Positions 35,701 to 43,853 of a stretch of 43,853 nucleotides of DNA are shown here, piece after piece. The DNA is from Lama guanicoe. Taxonomy: Eukaryota. The notes beneath the pieces were generated by a model that did no database searches, was not told where the DNA came from, and worked only from the letters and a program-made list of their open reading frames with translations. Where the stretch lies: NCBI GenBank assembly GCA_013239625.1, contig MU053513.1:4074303-4118155 (forward strand), given 5' to 3'. How positions within the stretch are numbered: position 1 is the stretch's first letter; the number at the start of each line of letters is the position of its first letter. The position numbers and the translations under genes were made by a program.

Positions 35701-38700
35701 CATTTTTGAATGAATAAATGAATTGAAGGTTTTCTTCGCTCTATGGCTCTGACGAACCATTGTTTGATCCTGTGGTGCTTACAGAATATCTTGGGTTGTA
35801 TGGCAGAATGGGATTCCTCTCTGGGGAAGTGTTAGCTGAACTGAGGGTAGAATTTCCTTAAGGAGTATGACAAACATCGAGCTTAATTAGCTCTAGAGTA
35901 AGGTGACGAACCTATGCTCTCTTTCAGTGCCTGCGCGAAAGCTGGAGAAAGTGTTCTGGTTCACGGAGCTAGTGGAGGAGTAAGTATTTTATTTTTAAGT
36001 TTATTTTTTAAAGAGCTTACATTTTTGGGTTTCATACTATATTTCTTTAAGTTGTTTTTAAAAGCCAAATTTATAAATATAGTCAAGGATGCTTTTTTTC
36101 TTTTTGTAGTGAAGCTTCTTTAAATTCTGTCTTCTGAAGGTGATTCCTCGTCATTAGCATTTCTTGGTTAATAAATCCAACAGATTACCCCATCAAAAGG
36201 GTATATATTAGGTTTTCCACCTGGGTTGGGTGTGGACCAAGATAAGCCGGCTTTGTTTTTCTCTCCAAGTAGCCAATGTTCTCAGAATATTTATTTAGAA
36301 TTTTAAGCAGTTCTTTAAGGTTCATATAAACTCCATATTCCCTTAGATAAGGAAACTAAGGCTCATTAAAGCTTTACCTCCGTTGCCTCAGACAGCGCTG
36401 TGAAGCCGCACTGTGAGTTCTCGTCCTTCCTAGCTCCCTTCCGCCGCTCGCCTGCTGCGCTTTGATGACAGTTCGTGGAGTGCACAGTATACGACTGTGT
36501 CCTTAACACCACAACCCACAGCTTAAAATGCTAATAGGGGATTGGGGGTGGTGAGGGGACTCAGAACTTATAAAATCAGCCCTTCGGTGAAATCACCCAG
36601 CGCAGGGCTGTCAGAAAACCTCTTCGAGAAACTGGCTGTCAATCCACCTCTGAGGAGCTTAGAGGAAAATTTAGAGCTCTGAGGTTGGAATTTAACAAGA
36701 AATCCACATGACCTCTATCCTGCACGCAGAGGCTTTAGAAATTTTGGAGACAAGAGTTCGCTTTTTTAAAATGCAGGGCCTGGGGCTGGATGGCTTACCT
36801 GAGGAAGCTGGTTAACCCTTTCAGAGCCCTGTGCATCCAGAGAGTAGATGAGAAGAACTAACCTATTAACGGCACGTTGTCCCTGGAATAATGAGAGGCA
36901 TCCTGAAAACTGAATTTACCTCTACAGGTGGCCAGATAATGCAAGCAGAGAATTCAGACTCCTGTGTTCGTTACTTTACATGGATGAATATGAAACCAGA
37001 CAGCTTTCACACCAGCTTCCTGTGTAGCTCCAACAGACCAATTCTGAGGGGATGCCACAGATCAGGGTATTTACTGAGAAATACCAAGATTATCTTTATG
37101 GGGCTTGAGAAAATGTGACAGATACACCTTGTCAGAAACTCCTACTGTTTAGCTTCACAGAAAAGGCTATTTTGGGGTTAAATTTAATTTAACCCTAAAT
37201 AACTAAAAGATCTGTCAAACATGCATTTATTTAAATTGCTTTGGCTTTCAGAGAGCTAACCTCGTGCTTTGTATCAAAGGGAGAGATTTCAGTAGGAAGG
37301 GGAGAGAGGAGTTGAAAGGAAATCTCTTTTTATTCCCTTTACCCTCTGGTAAAAAGCCGGGTCGCTTCACCATAATTTTTTTCAAAATGCAAAATCCACA
37401 CTATTCTCTGCTGGCTGAGTTTGTTAAATCCTTGGCTGGCGGGGATAGGCTGGCGACCTGGTGTGTGAAGCGCTTCTGATCCTCTCTGCCCTATGGAAGG
37501 GAAACAGTCCTGGGTTTTGTCTTGCTTCTGTTGGTACTTTCCGCCCTCATTTGAATCACATTCCTTTGGGATTATGTTGTGTATTTAAAATGGTGTGGAA
37601 TTTATGGACACAGCTATTATCCAGATATGTTGGTGGGGAGTGCCCAATTTTAGTGTCAGCGGAATAAAGAGGGGAAAAAATAGTTGACACGTAACGGTAT
37701 GTAATCTATTGAAGGAATAGTGTTAGTATAATTGTTGACAAAAATAGAATAAACAGCGCCTTTTAAATAGTATTGAGTGCCCCCTTAAAGTAGTCAGTGC
37801 ATAAAGAGATACATTTACATTAACTCTTAGGTTGAAATGCGGTTTTATTAGAGCCCTCCCCTCCCCTTTTTAAACTGAAAATTAAAGTAGCAAAAATCAG
37901 TTGTGCCAACCCTGCAGTGTATTGTTACTCCGTGGAACTGAGTGCCTCTCTCATTTAGTAGACAGTGAATTCCATGTGTTTGGTTGAATCAAACAAATCC
38001 TCACCATAACCCAGCTGGGTTCAGGCTCATCGCTCCCATACGCCATACAGTCTTTCAGGTCTATTTCCAGCCTGGGAGTCTGTGATTCTGTTGCAATTTT
38101 AATTAGTTTCTGTCATCATTTTTCATTCTGATTCATTTCTATCACACCCAATCCATAATGATTTTACTTTCCCTTAAATCAGTGGTAATCAACAAGGGGT
38201 GACTTTCTATCATCTCTCCTCCCTGTTGGGGACATTTGACGTTGTCTGGGGACATTTTTGGCCGTCACAACTGGAGTAAGGGGTCTGGTGTCCCATGGAC
38301 AGAAACTGGGCATGCTGCTAAACATCCTTCAATGCATAGAGTAGCCCCCACAGCGAAGTGTTACCCAGCTTAACAGTGCCAGGTTTTGAGAAAGCTTGCT
38401 CTAAATGTATGTGACACTCATCTGTGCTATTCGTTTGGCATGTGATCAAACGCATATTTCCTAGTTTTGCAACTTAAGTAATTGCTTTTATCTATATTCC
38501 TAAAATAGTTCTATTTCTCCTTTATACTAAGCACATTTATCTAGTGATCCAGTGAATTCATCCAATCCTGTGGCTGTAAATACCATCTCTAACTGATGAA
38601 TTGCAAATTCATGTTTCCACTCCTGAACTCCTTCAAGCCCATACCCACATTCAGCTGATGACTGAGCAGCTTCAGCTAAGTGAGCAGCCTGCAGCTCAGC

Positions 38701-39844
38701 GTGTTCAAGTCAATTCCTGATGCGCTCGCAGACTTGATCCTCTCGAATCTTCCTCATCTCCGTTAATCTGGTCAAAGACCCTCCCCTTTCCCTCACCCCC
38801 CACCCTCAATCTCTGACAAAGGCCTGGTTTTTCTGTTCCCATTTTCCCCCACCTTCTTTTTGCCTCTCATGTAATTGGAGTGTTCTTTTAAAAGCCTAAT
38901 TCAGATTACACCACTCTCTTGCTAAAACCCTCCAGTAGTTCTGCATTAGCTCTTAAATATGATCCAGAGCCTCCAAGGCCCTGTGTGCCTCTGCCTCTCT
39001 GCCCTTCTGGCCTCATCTTCTCTCACGCACGCCGCACGCCGCACGCCCCACCCTCCACCCTCTAGGCGCCTTTCTGACTGAACGCCCGAGGCTCACGCCC
39101 GCCTCTCCGGGTCCATGACCACTCTGCCCACAGCCTTCTCCAGACCTCCACGCGCTTGTCCCGCACTTTGTCCCAGTGCCGTCTCCTCAGAGTGGCCTGG
39201 CCCTTCCTGATGACTAACTGGGCCCCTTTTCTGTCTCTTTATAACCGCGTAGGCTGTTTTATTTTTTTCAAGTACTTTTCATTTTCCCAATTTACTTTAT
39301 TCATTGATTTGTTCACGTGTTGATTATCTTCCCCCTTCCATAGACTGTTTCTTGCATGAAGAACCATGTCTAGCATGTAGTAAACAATAAATGTTCATCA
39401 TATTAATGAACAAATTAATTTGCCCATGTCTGTACCTGTCTTTTCCACTTAAATGGTAGAGGCCTTATGTTTACTGTATAGTATTTTATATGTACAGTTA
39501 GAGTATAAGTCAGCATATTTGGATCATCTTGAAACCCCATGTCTTCTGCATACAGCAGATGCTAAGTAAACATCTAGTGCACTGGCTGCCAACTCAAGCT
39601 TTCCAGTCTGACCTGGTCCAGCTCCTGTTTCCATCTATATGGGTTTCTGTTTCCTCATCTGTGGACCAGAGACAGTAACACTGTCTGTCTACTTCATATT
39701 ATTGTGAGGAGGAAATGAAGCAATCCATAGAAAAGTATTTAGTGTGATACCGGGCGTATCATAAATGCTCAACAAAAATTAGCTATCATTCTTCTTATTT
39801 CTTTGTTTAGACTCTTAAATTTCTTGATAATAAGCCAGGACCAA

Positions 39845-39885
<41 letters not shown>

Positions 39886-42370
39886 GCCAGGACCTAGAAG
39901 AACCTTAATCTCATTATATATGTTTAATAAGTTGTTTGCAAGGATGCAAAGATTCTAAAACCGCTGGGCTCTGTTGTGTTTTTCAGGTTGGACTAGCAGC
40001 ATGCCAGATTGCTAGAGCTTATGGCTTAAAGGTTTTGGGCACGGCCGGTACTGAGGAAGGACAAAGGGTTGTTTTGCAGAATGGAGCCCATGAAGTCTTT
40101 AATCACAGAGAAGATAATTATATTGACAAAATTAAGGTAAACTTGTTCTATAATTTTATAAAAGTAAAATGTTGTTTCTTGGGAGACTGACAAGTTCTTT
40201 TGCTAAGTTCTTTTATCAACTCTCTTTTCCCGTCACTGTTGTGGCTTCTTTTAGTTCTTACCTTCTCCAGCTTTGACCATTTTTCACAGCTGAGCTAATG
40301 TCCCTTCTGTCTTCTCTACTATCACAAGAGTTATTTGGGTCTCTGTTTTGAAAAAAAAAAAAAGTTTTCAGAAATACCTGAAATGAGAGCTCAACAAGAG
40401 TAGGAATCTCCGTCGCTGTACCTGCAGTGCCTGAAGACAGTGCCTGGCACAAGAATTAGTGATTGAACACTTGCCCCCCAAAAGTCCGTATCTTTTAACG
40501 TGGTATTCAGTGCGTTTTCACAATCTGAACCAATTTGCCATCTCCTGTCTCCTGCCTCTTCCTCTCCACACCCCCCCACCCCCTCACGCCCACCACCTTC
40601 CCAAATACGTACTCCAGCTCTGCTGGGCTGCTTTCCAGTTCCAGCTTCTGCTCTCTGTCCCTACATCTTTGCTGTTCTGCTTCTTCTGTCCAGACTGACT
40701 GCCTCCTGTCTAGTTTCCCCTTGCTCACCTTCCTTCTGCTGTCCTTAAAGAACTCCTTCTCTTCCTTCAGGGCCGGGTCATTGTCTCTGGGGAATTTTCT
40801 CTGACCTACACAGGTGATCAGAGTAGTGACTTTTTGGCACTCCTAGTACCTAGCACAATGTCTGACACAATACTCATTTTTTTGTTAAAATGTATATGAG
40901 GTAAGTATGTATAGCTTAGTTAAGAGCCAGTTTTAGATGTTGGGAACTGACATCTGAGAGCACAAAACAAAAGTAGTGTGCCAAGCTGATTGTAGACCAC
41001 TTAGAACAAAAATGAATGCACACATATGCGCGCGTTTGCACACACACAGAATCCTACAACACTAAGCCAATAATTTTTTCTTTTGTTTTCTATTTTTTAA
41101 TAAAAATGGGAGCCCTGTTGCAGGTTAGGATTTTTGATTTGTTGTTTCTTTCTCTATTAAAATATATTTTGAAGATAGAAAATTTTCAACTAAGGAAAAA
41201 GTATTTTATAGTCAAATTGAATCTAAGCACCTGAAAATTCTAAACAAATTTTGTTTCATTATAGCAATTTATACAAGTCTTTATCATTTTAGATGTTATG
41301 ACTAGAACCCTGGAACTGTGTCACAACGTTGTAATTAAATTACCTTAAAATTTGCATTATTAGTCTTAAAAATGTAGCATTTTTTGTCATTTGAAACACA
41401 TTTCTGTAATCTATGGGACTGTGATAACAGTTTTTTTTAACTTGTTTTCTAATCTACTCTGCGTTCTTTTATATTCAGAAATCTGTTGGTGAAAAAGGAA
41501 TTGATGTTATTATTGAAATGTTAGCTAATGTAAATCTTAGCAACGATCTGAATCTTTTGTCCCAAGGAGGACGAGTAATAGTAAGTATTTCATTTTTTAA
41601 CCACTTTGAAGTTTTACCATAATTTAACACTATTTTGCAGTAATCTGTAACTATAGACATGTTGTTTTTCATACTAGATTGTTGGCAGCAAAGGTCCTGT
41701 TGAAATAAATCCACGGGACACCATGACAAAGGAATCTAGCATAAAAGGAGTTACTCTCTTTTCATCAACCAAGGTAGGAAAAGAAATGATTCTGATTTCG
41801 CAGGCTTAAACATTGAGATGGTTTGCCTACTGAAAGTTCAAGCAGATGTTAAACTTAGTTATTTCACTAAGTAGCTTAATAATTAATCCCTAGAAGATAA
41901 CTGGGATGACAAATATAATTTATTTTCCAAGCCAGGACACGTATGAAAGAGACAGGAGATACCATTACTGATTACTCCAGGACAGTAGGTATTTTGTAAA
42001 CTGAGGCTGCCACAGACAAATTGCACTGATGGTTCCCTATAGAGAACCACTTGGTCTGTAGTTCTGAACAACTTGACAAAAGCCGTGCGTTTGTGAGAAA
42101 CTCTTAATGCCATCTTAGATTCTGAAAGGTTTTAATGCTTCTGAACATCAAGTCATATCTTCCTGTACCAAAAAAAAAAGCAACACCTCTTTTTCTTTCC
42201 CTTAGGAGGAATTTCAGCAGTTTGCAGCGGCCCTTCAAGCTGGGATGGAAATCGGTTGGTTGAGACCTGTGATAGGTTCCCAGTACCCACTGGAAAAGGT
42301 GGCCCAGGCTCATGAGGATCTCACTCACAGCAGTGGCGCTGCTGGGAAAGTGGTTCTTCTCTTAAAATGA
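26619..42370 (+). CDS. CRYZ: zeta-crystallin / NADPH:quinone oxidoreductase (MDR family); join(26619-26729,27769-27921,31332-31495,35928-35979,39987-40136,41479-41580,41678-41773,42206-42370), 993 nt, 330 aa
   Basis: Eight GT-AG exons in frame: [24 protein letters not shown]...[12 protein letters not shown]...HGASGGVG (NADPH-binding loop)...[11 protein letters not shown]. Confidence 0.98.
27769..27921 (+). CDS. CRYZ: CRYZ exon 3 (153 nt)
   Basis: ttgcag|[57 protein letters not shown]|gtatta. Confidence 0.96.
28600..29560 (+). mobile_element. LINE-2 fragment (decayed RT region), interrupted by MER3
   Basis: caatctggcttctgccc...gaaacg...ctcttgacttctctgtgacacttgacac corresponds to decayed L2 RT motifs QSGF/TETA/LLDLSAAFDT; L2-like sequence resumes after 29220. 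Confidence 0.65.
29011..29211 (-). mobile_element. MER3-like hAT-Charlie MITE
   Basis: Terminal inverted repeats CTGTGCTGTCCA...TGGACAGCACGG; gtagccactagcc..atggctatttaaa; aaactcagttcctcagtc. Confidence 0.8.
31332..31495 (+). CDS. CRYZ: CRYZ exon 4 (164 nt)
   Basis: ccccag|[57 protein letters not shown](S); AG|gtaatg. Confidence 0.96.
32810..32995 (+). mobile_element. MIR SINE
   Basis: caagttactttcctgtctcagctgtagtttactgatctgaaaaacatggataag...acctcatagggatgtggtgggaatta...cctggcacagggaagtgctca. Confidence 0.7.
33200..33306 (-). mobile_element. camelid vic-1-type SINE with an A-box deletion
   Basis: Reverse complement GGGGAAGGATATAGCGCATGCTTAGCATGCACAAGGGCCTGGGTTCAATCCCCAAGTACCTCCATC followed by an A-rich stretch; degenerate TSD GGAAATGTGTTCTT / GGAAATTGATTCTT. 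Confidence 0.85.
34337..34684 (-). mobile_element. MLT2-like ERVL solo LTR
   Basis: ggttctctggagaaacagaaccaa...aaggccttcaactgattggatgaggccccatccacatta...cacataaaattagccatcaca. Confidence 0.8.
35928..35979 (+). CDS. CRYZ: CRYZ exon 5 (52 nt)
   Basis: tttcag|[24 protein letters not shown]|gtaagt. Confidence 0.96.
38180..38398 (+). mobile_element. MER20-like DNA transposon
   Basis: cagtggt..tcaac..ggggtgacttt...ggggacatttg...tctggggacatttttggccgtcacaactgg...atgctgctaaacatcct. Confidence 0.8.
38545..39420 (+). mobile_element. LINE-2 3' portion, decayed
   Basis: ctgtggctgtaaataccatct...actctcttgctaaaaccctccagt...ccaaggccctg...gtctcctcagagtggcct...catgtctagcatgtagtaaacaataaatgtt. Confidence 0.6.
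39640..39790 (+). mobile_element. MIR SINE
   Basis: ctgtttcctcatctgt...attgtgaggaggaaatga...cataaatgctcaacaaaaattagctat. Confidence 0.7.
39845..39883 (+). repeat. (AAT)13 microsatellite
   Basis: 13 perfect AAT units, flanked by a 16-bp direct repeat. Confidence 0.95.
39987..40136 (+). CDS. CRYZ: CRYZ exon 6 (150 nt)
   Basis: tttcag|[56 protein letters not shown]|gtaaac. Confidence 0.96.
41479..41580 (+). CDS. CRYZ: CRYZ exon 7 (102 nt)
   Basis: attcag|[40 protein letters not shown]|gtaagt. Confidence 0.96.
41678..41773 (+). CDS. CRYZ: CRYZ exon 8 (96 nt)
   Basis: tactag|[38 protein letters not shown]|gtagga. Confidence 0.96.
42206..42370 (+). CDS. CRYZ: CRYZ exon 9, coding part (165 nt including TGA)
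   Basis: ccttag|[57 protein letters not shown]. Confidence 0.96.
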   Translation, partial: EEFQQFAAALQAGMEIGWLRPVIGSQYPLEKVAQAHEDLTHSSGAAGKVVLLLK

Positions 42371-43074
42371 TCGATCCTTTCATGGCTTTCCTATTAGAAG
42401 TTTCTTACATTGTCTTTGCTTTAACTAGCATTCATTTGATTTAGGAAGTTTCTTATGTTAAAAGAAGAGATTTATCTTTAGAGACTATAGGCATTAAGAG
42501 TATGATTTATTTTATAGCTGGCAGTATTCTTTAAGCCTCTACCTCTCATCAGGGAGGCATCAGAGTAGGAAATAGAATGTTAGTGGTCACTTGGCATTGG
42601 AGTGCGTTGCAGAAACACCTGATTGATGCGTGATCATTAATTCCGTACCTTTGACTAAAACCTGCTAATTCAAAATAACACTGCTTGATTTCCAAGCCTA
42701 ATTCTCCTTTTACAGGTTCTTTAGTCTCTGATTAGCCCAGAATTATATTGGACTCTGAAATCTTCTGGACTAAATGAGACCCCCTTTTCAACACTAATCT
42801 CATCTAGATCTATAAGACTCTCAGAAGGGCAAGATAACCATGTCCAGAGAAATGTGTTAGTTTTCCAATAGTTTCCAAAATAGCAGAACATTGACTAGGT
42901 TAATGATTGATTACCAATGATCCATATCTTCTGTGAGAACAGCAGCCTTATCTTTGATATAATATGATACTGGGTACGTAGTTTCCAAATAGATGCTTTT
43001 TGATTGATTCAGCTTCAAAGAAGATTTAGAATGATCTGTTTTTGTGATGGGGACCATATATTTTTCTTTAAATT

Positions 43075-43273
43075 AATAAATGAATTTAACACACTAAGAA
43101 TGATCTGCTTTTGTTATAACGTGGTAACTTCAGTAAATTCTATAGGAAACTAAAAACTATGTCTTTCTGGTTTCTCTTATATATAGTACTTGCCTTACTT
43201 CACTTTTACATAGCACCAAACGGTTACTTCCTAACAGTGTAAGTGCTGGAAGACTTTATCTACACTAAATAAA
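43075..43273 (+). terminator. two candidate CRYZ polyadenylation signals (AATAAA at 43075-43080 and 43268-43273)
   Basis: Canonical hexamers 0.7 and 0.9 kb after the stop codon; the second is followed by a GT/T-rich tract (about 43316-43348). Confidence 0.55.
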
Positions 43274-43853
43274 GGGATGTACCTCTTGCCGTCAATATTA
43301 TGTCCACGGAAATGAGGTTTGATTGTTGTTTTTGTTCTTATTTTTTTTAATATGAACACAGCTTCCTATCTGTTGCATTATGTGGGGTAATTCTCTTGAC
43401 CGGATTTGTTCTGCAGAATGACAGTTTCTAATTTGAGCACGGAATCCTGCTTTGCGAACGGAGAGCACTGCTAACTTTTACAACTGAGGGGTGTCATCGG
43501 CTTCTGGCTCTGTGCCGTGGCTGAAGTGTTCTTGCTGTTAACATTTTCCAAGTTTATTCACTGTTTCTTTCAGAGGTTAGAGTCTTGTGGAATGAAATGA
43601 CATGTTTGAAGAAATTGTCAAAAAAAACAATGTCATGAATTTGGAAACTAGCATTTTATTACATCCCCAAATGGAGGGTTCCTTCCCATACAGAAAGATA
43701 AGGGAACAGTTATTCCGTGAAAGCCAGTTTCATCTGTTTTCACGTTGCCTCATCTGTAGCTGAGCCAAGGCGTACTGCTGACTCCACAGCGTCCAGCCCA
43801 TTGATGCGGTTCAATTAATCTCAGAAGCAAAGCTAGCCAGACTTCCCGCACTA

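Noticed and set aside
1..43853. CRISPR arrays, operons, defence systems or any novel multi-gene system
   Set aside because: Intron-containing mammalian locus; no repeat-spacer arrays or unexplained conserved-looking ORFs were seen

Overview
Mammalian genomic DNA, almost certainly a camelid. Evidence: two tRNA-Ala-derived vic-1-type SINEs, and a 330-aa zeta-crystallin matching the llama protein as I recall it. The window holds two intact head-to-head genes sharing a CpG-island promoter at about 21.0-21.8 kb. TYW3 is on the minus strand (6 coding exons, 21223 to 7479, 262 aa; tRNA wybutosine methyltransferase). CRYZ is on the plus strand (non-coding exon 1 plus 8 coding exons, 26619 to 42370, 330 aa; zeta-crystallin/NADPH:quinone reductase). 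All exons were reconstructed by hand, with GT-AG boundaries and consistent phase. The rest is introns and old repeats (L1, L2, MIR, MER, MLT2, LTR16-like). I see no new multi-gene system, and most ORF-track entries are noise. The most interesting biology is regulatory. CRYZ is known to have been recruited as a lens crystallin in camelids through an intron-1 promoter, and a Sox/Maf motif cluster with a TATA-like box and a strong donor inside an old L1 fragment (25830-26166) is a good candidate for it. Also notable: a strongly GC3/CpG-shifted CRYZ exon 4, an orphan CpG patch at 5.1 kb, a strong-context uORF before TYW3, and an (AAT)13 repeat flanked by a 16-bp target-site-like duplication. Repeat family names and cross-species comparisons come from recalled sequences, not database searches.
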